Positions 1-11,500 of a stretch of DNA of 64,000 nucleotides are shown here, in pieces (position 1 is the stretch's first letter; each line of letters starts with the position of its first letter). The DNA lies in the NCBI GenBank assembly GCA_965140785.1, contig OZ223519.1:64001-128000 (forward strand), read 5' to 3'. The translations under genes were made by a program, and so were the position numbers. The notes beneath the pieces are model-generated. The model did not search any database, was not told where the DNA came from, and was given only the letters and a program-made list of their open reading frames with translations. Origin of the DNA: an uncultured Ruficoccus sp. (GTDB lineage Bacteria; Verrucomicrobiota; Verrucomicrobiia; Opitutales; Cerasicoccaceae).

Positions 1-817
1 TGCTCTGGAAATCGGTGAGGGGAAACTGGTTCAGGGTGGCGTGGTGAATCCAAGTGTAGGAGCTAACACTATCGAAGCCAAGCTCTTGAACAAGGGTATA
101 AGGGTCTGCTGCGGTCTGCTCACCGGGAAGAATCGGGTTATTCCAGACGATGGCGTTCAAATGCAAATCCGGGAATCCGGCTGCGCGGACCGCGTCACGA
201 AAGCGTTGGAGGCAGCGGCGCGTGTTTTCCTTAGACCCGAAACTGGCCATCAGCTTGGTCAGCTCATAGACGGAGAAGTAGGGGCGTCCATCACGGCACC
301 AGTACGAGGGGTGGCGAAAGTAGACATTGACGCACTGCTCGATAATGCGGTCGAAGGTCTGCTCCGTAACCGTGCCAGGATAGAGCAACTGAGCAGACTC
401 TTCAGGGCTTTTAATGGACGTCTTGGCCGGGTGAATATCGATCCAGCTATGATTGGCCCACATAAGGGCAAAACGCATACGGTCATTGTTTGGCGCTTTC
501 ATGAATCCGTCTTCGAGCGCTCGCTGAAGGAAGGGGCCATCGTCGTAGTAGTACCAATCGAAAATAAAGGCGTCGATGCCGTGATCGGCTGCGGCGTCTA
601 TGCGCAGGGCCATGCGCTCGGGATCGGACTCGTCGTCGTAACCCCAGGCTGGCACTTTGGGTTGTTCATGCCCGGGAAACCTGACCTCCGCGCGCTTCAT
701 CAGATCCCACTCATTCCATCCTGCTCCGTGGAGTTCCTCGTTACGGCTGTCGGCGTGGTAATTGGGGAAATAGTAGGCTGCAACTTCGATGGCCTGACCT
801 TGTGAGTTAGTTGACAT
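1..817 (-). CDS. GH99-like / WbsX-like glycoside hydrolase domain protein (3' end runs off the window)
   Basis: Not in the ORF track; translated by hand from ATG at 817: MSTNSQGQAIEVAAYYFPNYHADSRNEELHGAGWNEWDLMKRAEVRFPGHEQPKVPAWGY...AADHGIDAFIFDWY...FALMWANHSW. These motifs match the WbsX/GH99-like family. Confidence 0.8.
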   Translation of the reverse strand, partial: MSTNSQGQAIEVAAYYFPNYHADSRNEELHGAGWNEWDLMKRAEVRFPGHEQPKVPAWGYDDESDPERMALRIDAAADHGIDAFIFDWYYYDDGPFLQRALEDGFMKAPNNDRMRFALMWANHSWIDIHPAKTSIKSPEESAQLLYPGTVTEQTFDRIIEQCVNVYFRHPSYWCRDGRPYFSVYELTKLMASFGSKENTRRCLQRFRDAVRAAGFPDLHLNAIVWNNPILPGEQTAADPYTLVQELGFDSVSSYTWIHHATLNQFPLTDFQS

Positions 818-989
818 ATGCTGACCGAGGGTAGCAGACCCGATTTTTAGCAGCCTTGATTTCGGTGACAATACACCGTCTCAAGATGCCATGCTTTCAT
901 GGCAAGGCTGTCGGAGCTCCCTACGATGTCAGCTCGCCGAGGCAGTTGGCTCGGCAGGGATGCGCATTTCGTGCCTACCCCGTGTTGCT

Positions 990-3900
990 TTATTCCGGGT
1001 GGTCGCCCGTGGAGACAGGTTGCTGGTAGAGAAGATGATAGACGCCGCTGCTCAGTGTGACTCTCGACTTTCCTAGCGTATCTGGCGTTTGCTTGGGAAA
1101 CTGGATATCGCTGCGCACAGGGCCTCCCATACTTACTCCTGCGGCATTAGGTAAGGGGAGTCCGCCTTCGGTCCAATCAGAAGCCTGTCCCACAGGGAGA
1201 GAAACAACCGTTTCAGAGTTTGGGGGGACTGTTATCGCCCATTCGATCCGATCGTCTTCCCGGCTATAGCGACTTGCAATCAGACCGCGTGGGGAGTTGT
1301 AGGCAAAGTCGTAGTCGGGGCTGCTGGCAGAGACCACCGGATCGAGATAAAAGCGCTGGAAGCCCGGGTGTTCCATGTCTGGTTGGATGCCGACGAGTTC
1401 ATTGTAAAACCAGTTCCCTACGCCGGCGACACCTTCGGCCTGGATGAAGCTGTTGTCCGCAGGAAATCCGGGAAATCCCCAGCCCTCGGCTACGCTCCAG
1501 CCGGTAACCGTGAGCATCCCTCCGATGCTGGGGTAGGTGTCGCGGTGTAGCAGACGGAGTGCCTCTTCATGGTACCCGAAACGACTCAACAGCTGGAGGT
1601 ACCAGTACGGCGATTTTACACTGACGACTTGATGCCCAAGGGTTTGTTCGTGCATGTTTATAACGATGTCGTCGACGAGCGCTTGGCTTACATCTTCATC
1701 AACCAGACCAGACTTGATCGTGAAAATATCCGTCTCCTGAGTGATTTCGCGCGGTCGGTCAAAGCGCTCGCTCTCGAAGTCGTAAAAGCGATCAAAGGCT
1801 TCGTCTTTGTAGTCCTCCACCATATGTTCATAGTCTTCCCAGACTTCGTCGTACCCGATGAGTCGGCATAGGGTTTGAAATTCGTCTGCTTGGTAGAGCA
1901 AGTTCCCGACACGCCCGAAGGCCTCACTTGAAGGTTGTTTGTTGTCACCCCAGGGCGGGCCCCACGGGCCGCCTGGCACATCCCGCGCACTGGTCCAGTC
2001 TAAATGTGTTGAGGTGCCGCGCGGAAAGAGTTCCCCCCAGCGTATGTCTACGTCTGTGCGAAAGAAGTAATCGAAGTATAGTTGCGCCACCTCCATGTTC
2101 TCCTCGGCGATTTGGCTATCTCCGTAGTAAATGTATTGGCGCAGCGGAACGCCGACATGGTGTGCGTTATTGTTCACCTTGAGAAAACCCCGGCTGATTC
2201 GCTCCTGCAGATCGACTATACCTCTTCGGGTCAACGTAACCGGGTTGGGCATGCCTGTTTCTAATGCGAGTATCCGGTTGTCCTCAATGCTCTTCTCCAA
2301 CTGGCGGGCATGGTTAGCAGTGTATTGAGCAACATCGTAAAAACACAGTGGAGTAATCGCGTTGCCGCCGAGTTTCTCCGCCCCGGGATTGTCCTGATAG
2401 AGCCCGAGCATGTTCATAATAATCGAGTTCACACATGCATCGTGGATTCGCTGGAGAAAGGGGTCTTCGATCATGAGTTCCCCCACGGGCTCCAGTGAAG
2501 AGTAGATGCCCACGGCCTCAACATCGTCCAGGGAAGGACCATCGGGTAGTGTAGATATCTCGATGTATCGAAAGCCGTTGTAGCAGAAACTGGCCATGTA
2601 GGTGCAAGGCTCGCCGTTCGATTTGAACGCATCCGCTGCGCCGATGACGAGGCGTTCGGCTTCTTGTCCGTTTGCCAGTTCCAGTTCTTCAAAAAGCGCC
2701 GCGGTTCCTCGGTGCCGGGCAAGGGGTAGCTTCTGGCAGTTGCTGAAGAGAACTTCCGTATCGTAATCTTGAAACAGAATACCCCCTGCTTCGGGGTTTT
2801 CGCAGAGTGTATCGGCATAGCGGATACGTACTTGTGTGCCCGCGGGAAGGTCAAATCTCACACTCGCTCGCCCTGTGACCATCTTCCCAAAGTCATACAC
2901 CCAAACGCCGGGTATCGGGTTGTAGCGAGCCACTGGCTTGAGTACGAAGTTTGCTTGAATAGGTTCAGCCTGGTCGGCTTGCAAAAGAGGGGGAGGGGAA
3001 TTTACAGGCTGTGCCGTTTCCCAGTCCTGCTCGAAGTCAACGGTGTCCCAGCCGGTTGGCTCCTTGGTCGCGTCAAATGCTTCGCCGATCCAGAATGACG
3101 TCCGGCGGTAGCCACCGCTGCCAACCTCCCAGTCCAAGTCGGTTGTTACCACTTCGACCGATCCGTCCGGCATTTCCGCTTCCAGGCGCACAATGAGGAT
3201 CGGCGTCTGCCCATAGCAAATTGCCGGCCACATCAGGCCTCCGGGAGCTTCATAGTAGCGGCCAGGCGCGACGATGACACCGATGCAGTTTTCCCCGTCG
3301 GTGAGGTCGGCCGTGACGTCGTAGGTATTATACAAGGCGCGAAGGTCGTAGTGGACAAAGTTTGGTCCCAGTTGCGTTTCGCCAATGAGCACGCCATTGA
3401 GGAAGGCGATATTGAAGCCGAGCCCGCTGATATACAACCGCGCCCGCGTCGGCTTTTGAGAAAGGTTAAATGTTTTCCGGAAGTAGACCGGAGCTTTAAC
3501 CTGCTGAAATTTGCTGCCGGCTTTTTCCCAGGCCCTGTCGGGATCGGCATAGCTTCCGAAGGCGGGAGGGGGCGCATCTGGAGAAGGTTTCCCGCGTGGG
3601 TACTCCAGGGCGAGTAGCGCGGAGTCTTCCCAGAAGGTGATGAAATCGTCTGCTTCGGGCAATACATTGGATGTGATCCATTCGGCCTTTTGGCCTTGCT
3701 GCCAGTCGTCCTGATGGAGCAGTCCGGTTTCGAAATACGAGGCGGATGACCAATCTGAGGCGACCCCATCCTGATCCCAGATACGGACTCTCCAGAAGTA
3801 CTCGGTGCGCGACTTTAGGTCTGCCTGCAGGGGGATCAATAGCTGGTTGCTCGATACGACTTTTCCGGAGTCCCAGATGTTCTGGTGTACGCCATTGTAC

Positions 3901-4250
3901 AACGTATAAACCTGAATCTGGTAGGCGCTTTGAGAGACTCCACGTTTTATCTCACCATTCCCTGCTTGCACAAACGGAAGCTTCCAGGACAAACGCAGGT
4001 AATCCCGTCCGGCAAGGTCGATGCCGAGTGGGTTTTTCTGGTGATTCACGCGCAGGCCGAACGGTGTGGGAGAAGGTGCCGACTGGCGAAGCTTCTCAGC
4101 ATCGAAGCGCTGTCGGTAGGGAGCACGTGTGTCGCTTGGAGAAACCACCGGTAATTCTGGAAGGGGTGTGATGGCCGGGGGCGTTCCCTGTAGCGCGAGG
4201 ACGGTGAGTAGATAGAAAAGGTAGGGGGAGGAGGTGGGGAGGGGGCGCAT
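990..4250 (-). CDS. GH78 alpha-L-rhamnosidase-family protein (secreted, divergent active-site loop)
   Basis: 1086 aa. Signal-like N-terminus, PLGID...YFWRVRIWD Fn3-like domain, ARLYISGLG, VYDFG, GFRYIE and C-terminal SPRGLI: the typical GH78 architecture. Confidence 0.85.
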   Translation of the reverse strand: MRPLPTSSPYLFYLLTVLALQGTPPAITPLPELPVVSPSDTRAPYRQRFDAEKLRQSAPSPTPFGLRVNHQKNPLGIDLAGRDYLRLSWKLPFVQAGNGEIKRGVSQSAYQIQVYTLYNGVHQNIWDSGKVVSSNQLLIPLQADLKSRTEYFWRVRIWDQDGVASDWSSASYFETGLLHQDDWQQGQKAEWITSNVLPEADDFITFWEDSALLALEYPRGKPSPDAPPPAFGSYADPDRAWEKAGSKFQQVKAPVYFRKTFNLSQKPTRARLYISGLGFNIAFLNGVLIGETQLGPNFVHYDLRALYNTYDVTADLTDGENCIGVIVAPGRYYEAPGGLMWPAICYGQTPILIVRLEAEMPDGSVEVVTTDLDWEVGSGGYRRTSFWIGEAFDATKEPTGWDTVDFEQDWETAQPVNSPPPLLQADQAEPIQANFVLKPVARYNPIPGVWVYDFGKMVTGRASVRFDLPAGTQVRIRYADTLCENPEAGGILFQDYDTEVLFSNCQKLPLARHRGTAALFEELELANGQEAERLVIGAADAFKSNGEPCTYMASFCYNGFRYIEISTLPDGPSLDDVEAVGIYSSLEPVGELMIEDPFLQRIHDACVNSIIMNMLGLYQDNPGAEKLGGNAITPLCFYDVAQYTANHARQLEKSIEDNRILALETGMPNPVTLTRRGIVDLQERISRGFLKVNNNAHHVGVPLRQYIYYGDSQIAEENMEVAQLYFDYFFRTDVDIRWGELFPRGTSTHLDWTSARDVPGGPWGPPWGDNKQPSSEAFGRVGNLLYQADEFQTLCRLIGYDEVWEDYEHMVEDYKDEAFDRFYDFESERFDRPREITQETDIFTIKSGLVDEDVSQALVDDIVINMHEQTLGHQVVSVKSPYWYLQLLSRFGYHEEALRLLHRDTYPSIGGMLTVTGWSVAEGWGFPGFPADNSFIQAEGVAGVGNWFYNELVGIQPDMEHPGFQRFYLDPVVSASSPDYDFAYNSPRGLIASRYSREDDRIEWAITVPPNSETVVSLPVGQASDWTEGGLPLPNAAGVSMGGPVRSDIQFPKQTPDTLGKSRVTLSSGVYHLLYQQPVSTGDHPE

Positions 4251-4549
4251 TGTCGACTTATGTGGAGCGATTAAATGGTCATACGATGAGCGAGAAAACT
4301 CAATGATTAGATTACAGTATAGGCCTCGGTGAAGGTTTGCACCTTACTGCGCGCGTCATGCTTCCGCACTGCGGGGACATATTTGCGCGCCAAAGGGTAT
4401 CGGTAAGCTCAACCGACTTAGAATGACATTCGGATGCGAGGTATTGTCACTGCGATGATGGTTGAGAGCGAAGCGATCTGGTAGCCTGAGTCTTTCAATT
4501 GGCAGCCTGTGTATACCATCATCCTTGTACCTTTTTCCCAATCCCCTTT

Positions 4550-5590
4550 GTGAAACATCTGTCCATGCTGCTGCTTATTCCAAGCCTGCTATTCTTGGTT
4601 TTATCAGGTTGTGGAGATCAGGGCGATGTACGAGTGCTCAGGCTGGGGCATACTCTCGACGCCAAGCACTCGGTCCACGTGGCGATCGAGTACATGGCGC
4701 AGCGGCTGGAAGAGATATCTGGCGGCAGGATGCGTGTGGAGATTTACCCCGGGGGCGTCCTTGGCTCCGAGCGTGAAAGCCTCGAACTGCTACAACTCGG
4801 GACGCTCGATATCACCAAAGTGTCGACGGCTGCGCTGGAGGGCTTTGTCGAGGAGTACCGTGTATTTGGTTTACCTTACATTTTCAGGGACAAGGAGCAT
4901 GCCTTTGCCGTGCTGGATGGTCCGATCGGTCAGGAATTACTCGGAAAAGGCGAGTCTTGCTGGCTGAAAGGCCTGTGCTTTTATGACTCCGGCGCGCGCA
5001 GCTTTTACTCTTCGATACCGATTGAATCGCCGAGTGATCTGGCGGGACTCAAGATTCGTGTCACCCAGAGCATCACGTCCTTTGACATGGTGCGGGCGAT
5101 GGGGGCTGCGCCTACTCCGATCTCATGGGGCGAACTTTACACTGCTTTGCAGGGCGGCGTTGTGGATGGGGCGGAGAATAATCCTCCGAGCTTTTACCTG
5201 TCTCACCACTACGAAGTCTGCCCATTTTACAGTCTTGATGAGCACACAAGGATTCCGGACATCCTTATTATCAGCACGCACACGATGGATGATTTAAGTG
5301 CCGAGGAAAAGGATTGGCTTATGCAGGCCGTGGGTGAGTCAGTCCAGGTACAGCGCGAAGAGTGGGAGCGCTCGGAGCAGGAAGCGCTGGAGTCGATTGT
5401 GCGCCGTGGTGTGACGGTTTCTACGCCCGAGAGAGAGGCTTTTGTCGAAGCGTCTAAGAGCGTCTACCAAAGCTACGAGAGCAACCCTGAGCTAGCTCGC
5501 CTAATCGGAGAAATTCAGGCGACGAGTCCTGAATCACCTGCGGAGAAACGCCCCTTGGAGGCCGAAATTTCTTCCTTTGATACCCCTTGA
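4550..5590 (+). CDS. dctP: TRAP transporter substrate-binding protein, DctP family (probable lipoprotein)
   Basis: LRLGH, YPGGVLGSERE, DLAGLKIRV and ELYTALQGGVVDGAENN motifs. LSGC lipobox. Start taken as GTG 4550 (uncertain). Confidence 0.92.
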   Translation: MKHLSMLLLIPSLLFLVLSGCGDQGDVRVLRLGHTLDAKHSVHVAIEYMAQRLEEISGGRMRVEIYPGGVLGSERESLELLQLGTLDITKVSTAALEGFVEEYRVFGLPYIFRDKEHAFAVLDGPIGQELLGKGESCWLKGLCFYDSGARSFYSSIPIESPSDLAGLKIRVTQSITSFDMVRAMGAAPTPISWGELYTALQGGVVDGAENNPPSFYLSHHYEVCPFYSLDEHTRIPDILIISTHTMDDLSAEEKDWLMQAVGESVQVQREEWERSEQEALESIVRRGVTVSTPEREAFVEASKSVYQSYESNPELARLIGEIQATSPESPAEKRPLEAEISSFDTP

Positions 5591-5594
5591 TCCC

Positions 5595-6071
5595 ATGCGT
5601 ATAAGACAGGCCATAGATCGTTTTCTGGAGGTGTTTCTCGTTGTGCTGATGTCTGCGTTGGTGCTCGATGTTGTCTGGCAAGTCGCGAGTCGCTACCTCC
5701 TAAGCAGTCCGAGTTTTTTCACAGACGAGTTGGCAGTATTCCTCTTGATCTGGGTGGGCCTGGCAGGAGCTGCCTATGCCAAAGGCAAGAACGAGCATCT
5801 ATGCATCGACATCCTGTCGGAAAAGCTATCGGCCAGTCCGCGAAAGTGGCTTCAGGTGTTTATCCAATGCGCGATCATCGTGTTCTGCCTGAGTGTGCTT
5901 GTGATCGGGGGCGTGTGGCTGGTGTACACGCGATTTAAGCTCGGGCAGGAGTCTTCTGCTCTCCAACTGCCTATCGGATATGTTTATCTCATCGTGCCCA
6001 TTAGCGGCCTGTTTATGATCTACTACAGTGCGGCTGACCTGCTCCTTCTCATCCGTAGTCAGCAAACCTAG
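5595..6071 (+). CDS. dctQ: TRAP transporter small permease
   Basis: Four TM segments, QVASRY...TDELAVFLLIW...EHLCID; lies between dctP and dctM. Confidence 0.9.
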   Translation: MRIRQAIDRFLEVFLVVLMSALVLDVVWQVASRYLLSSPSFFTDELAVFLLIWVGLAGAAYAKGKNEHLCIDILSEKLSASPRKWLQVFIQCAIIVFCLSVLVIGGVWLVYTRFKLGQESSALQLPIGYVYLIVPISGLFMIYYSAADLLLLIRSQQT

Positions 6072-6073
6072 CC

Positions 6074-7387
6074 ATGTTTAGCCTCTCTCCAGATATTCTC
6101 GGGCTCGTTGTCCTGGTAACATCCTTCTGCCTATTTCTCGCGATTGGGACACCGGTGGCATTCAGCATTGGCCTTTCGACCCTGTCGGCAATGTTGGTAA
6201 ACTTTGACGCGCTGCCTGCCTTTTCCACCATGGCCCAGCGGATGGCCACAGGGCTGGAAAGCTTTTCGTTGTTGGCAATACCGTTCTTTATCCTGGCTGG
6301 GCAGTTGATGAACTTCGGTGGCATTGCGATGCGCCTGATCGAATTCGCGAAGGTGATTGTCGGTCGGCTTCCTGGTGGGCTGGCCATGGTCAACGTCACG
6401 GCAAATATGCTTTTTGGGGCAGTCTCGGGGTCGGCGGTGGCCTCGGCCTCGGCCATCGGTACGATTATGGCTCCTAGGATGGAGCGGGAAGGATATGACC
6501 GTGGCTTTTCGGCAGCCATTAATGTCACGTCCGCGACGACAGGCCTGGCAATTCCACCGAGTAATATTCTTATCGTTTACTCGCTGGCCAGTGGAGGTGT
6601 CTCAATTGGTGCACTTTTTCTGGCCGGTTATGTGCCGGGTATCCTGACTGGTGTTGCCATTATGCTGGTCGGTGCCCTCTACGCCCGACGCAAAGGCTAT
6701 CCTGTCGCGGATAAGGTAAGTTTAGCTGAATCGCGGCGTATCACACTGAGGGCGATACCCAGTCTGCTGATGCTGGTGGTAGTCATCGGGGGCATTATCG
6801 CCGGAGTTTTTACTGCGACTGAGGCGGCAGCGATTGCTGTGGTCTACAGCCTGATGCTGGCCCTGATTTACCGTGAGTTGAGTCCCAAGCATCTCCCACG
6901 GATTATCCTCAATGCCGTGAGGACGACGGGGGTAGTTATGCTCCTGATTGCCGTATCAATCTGCTTGTCTTGGGTCATGTCGCTGGAGCGAATTCCGGAG
7001 ATTACCAGTAGCGCGCTGCTGTCTCTGTCATCGGACCCTATCGTGATCCTCCTGATCATCAATCTGATCCTCTTGCTGGTTGGCGTTTTCATGGACATGA
7101 CGCCTGCCGTGCTCATATTCACTCCGATCTTCCTGCCCATCGTGACACAGCAGCTGGGGTTGAACCCGATTCACTTCGGTTTGATGATGATTCTGAATCT
7201 GAACGTAGGTCTGTGTACCCCACCCGTGGGATCTGTATTGTTTGTCGGATGTAGTGTTGCTGGCCTGAAAATACAGAGTCTTGTTAAGCCATTGATTCCC
7301 TTTTACTTAGCAATGGTTCTTGTGCTGGTGCTGGTGACATTTATCCCCGAGCTGACCTTGTTCTTACCGCGTTTTTTCCTCGGCTGA
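6074..7387 (+). CDS. dctM: TRAP transporter large permease
   Basis: LLAIPFFILAG, GAVSGSAVA, IPPS and TPPVG motifs; 437 aa, hydrophobic. Confidence 0.95.
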   Translation: MFSLSPDILGLVVLVTSFCLFLAIGTPVAFSIGLSTLSAMLVNFDALPAFSTMAQRMATGLESFSLLAIPFFILAGQLMNFGGIAMRLIEFAKVIVGRLPGGLAMVNVTANMLFGAVSGSAVASASAIGTIMAPRMEREGYDRGFSAAINVTSATTGLAIPPSNILIVYSLASGGVSIGALFLAGYVPGILTGVAIMLVGALYARRKGYPVADKVSLAESRRITLRAIPSLLMLVVVIGGIIAGVFTATEAAAIAVVYSLMLALIYRELSPKHLPRIILNAVRTTGVVMLLIAVSICLSWVMSLERIPEITSSALLSLSSDPIVILLIINLILLLVGVFMDMTPAVLIFTPIFLPIVTQQLGLNPIHFGLMMILNLNVGLCTPPVGSVLFVGCSVAGLKIQSLVKPLIPFYLAMVLVLVLVTFIPELTLFLPRFFLG

Positions 7388-7553
7388 TAGGCGGTGTATG
7401 GGACGGGGCTTGTGTTCCGCGATGCATGGAGCGGTGTGCCGGAGTGACGCGACAGCACTTCAAGGCGGAAAAATGACCCTCTAAGCAAGGCCATCGAGAG
7501 AGCTTTCTAGTAAAATCCTCAGGCCACTAAAGATCTACAACCCAAATACGAAA

Positions 7554-8303
7554 ATGAAAAAATCTCTAATTCTTGGTTCCCTTCTCACGTTAAGTACCCT
7601 CACCCTGCACGGTGTGGATACCTATACCGATAACTTCGACTCGATAGGGGACGGTATTGCGATTCAAACCACCCCTGACTGGTCACTCTTACAGGGGAAT
7701 TCCTTTGTAGGTACCGGTGCCGGAACCGTAGAGTGCCCGGGTGGCCCGGATAACTACACACTGCTGAACAGCAGTGCGATTAGCTGGGGCGGTGAGGATT
7801 TTTCGTTTAACACCGTAATCGACACCAACGGCAACAGCTCTGGCCAAATATCGGGCGTGCTTTTTGGCTACTCGAGTCTCACTAACTTTTACCGGATTCA
7901 GATATCTACAGGCGCCGGTGCTCTGGCAGTGATTCAAAATATATCGGGAAGCTCGTCTACGCCGTACTATGCACCAGGCACGTTCAACAACAGCAGTGAG
8001 ACCCAGGTGGAGTTACTCTCTATCGAGGTAAATTACACTGCGAGCACAAATGAAGCTAGCGTTGTTTTTACGGCAGTTTCAGGAACACTGGCTGGAACGA
8101 CACTGGGCTCATATACGATTGGAGACGTCGGTCTCTTGTCAGGTCAATTTGGTCTGTATTCTCATTATGCTACTGCGCATGACATCAACAGCTTCGATGT
8201 AGCGCTTATCCCCGAGGTAAGCAGCAGTTCGGCCGCACTCGTGGGGATGTTTACCCTGATGCTGGTAGTTGTTGGTCGTCGTATGAAGCACAGCAAAAAA
8301 TAG
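7554..8303 (+). CDS. PEP-CTERM sorting-domain surface protein (beta-sandwich/lectin-like)
   Basis: Signal peptide MKKSLILG..., Ser/Thr/Gly-rich body, C-terminal IPEVSS + TM helix + RRMKHSKK. Confidence 0.8.
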   Translation: MKKSLILGSLLTLSTLTLHGVDTYTDNFDSIGDGIAIQTTPDWSLLQGNSFVGTGAGTVECPGGPDNYTLLNSSAISWGGEDFSFNTVIDTNGNSSGQISGVLFGYSSLTNFYRIQISTGAGALAVIQNISGSSSTPYYAPGTFNNSSETQVELLSIEVNYTASTNEASVVFTAVSGTLAGTTLGSYTIGDVGLLSGQFGLYSHYATAHDINSFDVALIPEVSSSSAALVGMFTLMLVVVGRRMKHSKK

Positions 8304-8556
8304 GCGCTGGCTGTAGACGATACCGAGTTTACAGACTGTTTATATGAAGATTGCTACAGCGAAGCGGGCTGCTTGTCCGTGGAGCTGGTAGTGTTGAGTT
8401 ATTTGACAGGGAGGGGGCGACGTGGGCACTCTTCTCTGTTTCAATGTACGTTGTGTCCACCCACTTTACCATCGCTGTTCTACCTCCATTGGCTGTAGAT
8501 ACTGTATCCGTGTTGGCACATTCCCTTAGGCGCAACAGACCTCGTTATTCCAACCC

Positions 8557-11500
8557 ATGTATTGCAATACCCCCCGTTTGTCTGGCTGGAGCCCTACAAG
8601 TCGCTATCTGGCTCGTTCACTCGTGCTGTTTGTCGGCGCATCCGCTGCCATCTGTCTTCTGCGAGCAGAAACGTTGACGAGAGAACAGACGCCCACGGCG
8701 AGCGATTCGCTTCCACTGGTGTTGCCGGATGATGCCGTCATCCCCGAATACGCTTCGTATGACCCGGAGACGATTGCTCAGCCGCGGAATACCAGCCAGC
8801 CCTTTGACCTGCAACTGGAGTATAAGACCGATCCGCTCGGGGTTGATCTGGGCGAATATGCGCACTTGAGGGTTTCGTGGCAATGCCCCCTTGTTATGTC
8901 CGCAGACGGGATTGTGACGCGTGGGCAAGGTCAGCAGGCTTACCAGATTGAAGTTTACAAGATTTCGACCAAGGGTGAGCCAAGTCTAGCCTGGGATTCA
9001 CAGAGAGTTAATGCTGATCGTCGGCATCTTGTGCCGCTAAGGTTTGAGCCAGACTCACGTACTCAATACCGGTGGCGGGTACGCATTTGGGATAGCCAAG
9101 GGCAACTTTCCCCATGGTCTGAATGGGCAAGTTTCGAAACCGGTCTGCTGATGCCGGACGACTGGAGCGAGGCTATCGAAGCGAAGTGGATCACCTCGGA
9201 CCTTGTCCCAGCGGAGGATGACTTTGTGAAATTTTGGATCGAATCAGCACTGCTGGATTTGGATTTTGCGCACGGCCGGAAATCAATGGATGAGACGTCT
9301 AAGTACTCCGTTGATGAGCAGGCATCGCGCAGAACAGTTCAGCTTAAGCAAATCGAGAAAGTCAAAGCGCCGATATACTTTCGCAAGGATTTTGAGCTAA
9401 AGGGCGAGCCTGTGCGGGCGCGGCTGTACGTTTCCGGCCTTGGCTATCATCTGCCTTTTATCAATGGTACCCGACTGGGAGATGATCACATGGCTCCTAG
9501 CTTTGTCAGCTACGTGTTGCGGGCTTACTACCAGGTGTTCGACTGTACGGACCAACTGAAACAAGGCGGCAACTGCGTAGGTGCCATCGTCGCGCCGGGC
9601 CGATACAATGAGTATCCCGGCCCATACTACTACAGCGAGCGCATGATTTATGGGGAGCACCCGATCTTGCTGGCGCGGCTGGAAGTCGAGTACGCTGATG
9701 GCAGCTCGGAAGTCATTGCTACCGATACCAGTTGGCAGGCTGGGCTTGGTGGCTATAGGCGTACGGGCTTTTGGTTGGGGGAAGCCTACGACGCCACGGC
9801 TGAGCCCAAGGGCTGGAGCAAGCCGGGCTTTACTCAGGACTGGAAGTCGGCTGAAGCTTCAGAAGTAATCCCGCCAGTTCTGCAGGCGCAGCCTGTTAAG
9901 CCGGTTCGTGAAAACTTTGCGATCAAGCCCATCTCACGCACGAATCCTATGCCCGGAGTGTGGGTCTATGATTTTGGCAAGGTCGTCGTTGGCAAGGCAC
10001 AGGTACAGTTCGACTTACCCGAGGGAGAAATGGTACGCATCCGGTATTCGGATGTCACACTTGGTAGTTGGGGGAACAGCGCAGTCATTAAGCAATGGGC
10101 GTTCTTCAGAGATTATCCGGAGCCCTTTATTCGTGAGGATGCAAAGGATATGCTGGTCTGTCGCGCACGTGGGACCTCCCCCGTCATGCATGCCAAGGAA
10201 ATTGGGGACTACGCGGTTTTATATGGGACGACGGATGCTTTCCGATCAGATGGTGAGCCTTGCGAATATCTCTCCTCGTTTGACTATACTCCCTTCCGCT
10301 ACATCGAAATCTCAACGCTAGAAGAACCGCCCACGCTCGACGAAGTCGAGGCGGTTGCGTTGTATTCCCCGCTTGAGCCTATTGGAAAAATGGTTATCGA
10401 CGACCCGCAACTGCAGCGCATTCACGATGCCTGTCTGAATTCCGTCAGCATGCTGACGCACGGGCATTACCTCGATAATCCTGGCGGCGAGAAGATGGGG
10501 AGTAATGCGCCTATCCCGATTTGGAACTATGACCTCATGGTGTACACCTTTGATCATGCGAATCATTTCGCCAAAAATGCCGATGACAGTCGCCATCTCT
10601 CGGAATACACGGGGGTGCCGCACGCGATCACCTTGACTCGCCGCATGGAGCAGGCTGCGATGGGCGGTGGGAGCCCATTTGTAAACGTGAACAATAACAT
10701 TCATCAGGTGGGTGGCCCCTTGCGTGATCATGCTTATTTTGGTGACACGGAAAGTATGGAGTTGAACCTTGAGCAGGCCCGTTTGTTCTGGGATTACCTC
10801 ATTGAAAATGACCTGCTCGAAAATGGAATCAGTAGCTCTGCGACTCACCTCGATTACACTGGTGCGGTCGATGTGCCGAGTGGGCCTTGGGGGCAGGGGG
10901 AGAACGCTCGTCACTTGACCGACCGTAAATTCGCCCGTTGCTGCTTCGTGCTTATGCTGGCGCGCGAGTATGAACTGCTCTGTGAGATAGCCGGAAGACT
11001 CGATCTATGGGACGACATTGCGCCTCGCATCGAGGAGTTCAGGCTTTGGGTCGAAGACACCTACCGTGATCCTGTGACAAACCGCTATAGCAGAATCGAT
11101 AACACCGATTCACCACGTCCGGTGATCCAGGGGACGAATGTCGTTACCCTCAAAGCGGAACTGGTGGAAGAGGACGAGTACGCAGCTCTGCTCGATGAGA
11201 TTGTGCAGAATATGGAGGATGTTACGAAAGGCCATCAAGTCATTGGTGTGAAATCGGCTTACTGGTTTTTCGAATTACTGAGCCACTACGGCTATAACGA
11301 GACCGCGTTGCGCCTGCTGCGTTCGAACGACTACCCCAGTATTGGAAGAATGTTGAACGATACCGGTTGGGTGGTAGCTGAAGACTGGGGCTGGGGAGAG
11401 CGATCTGCATTTGTCAACAGTGCGGTACAATTGGAAGGGCTGACTGGAATCTCCAACTGGTTTTACCGCGAGATGGTGGGCATCCGTCCCGACGTGCTTG

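Noticed and set aside
41..805. 254-aa plus-strand ORF
   Set aside because: Antisense shadow of the GH99/WbsX-like gene on the minus strand.
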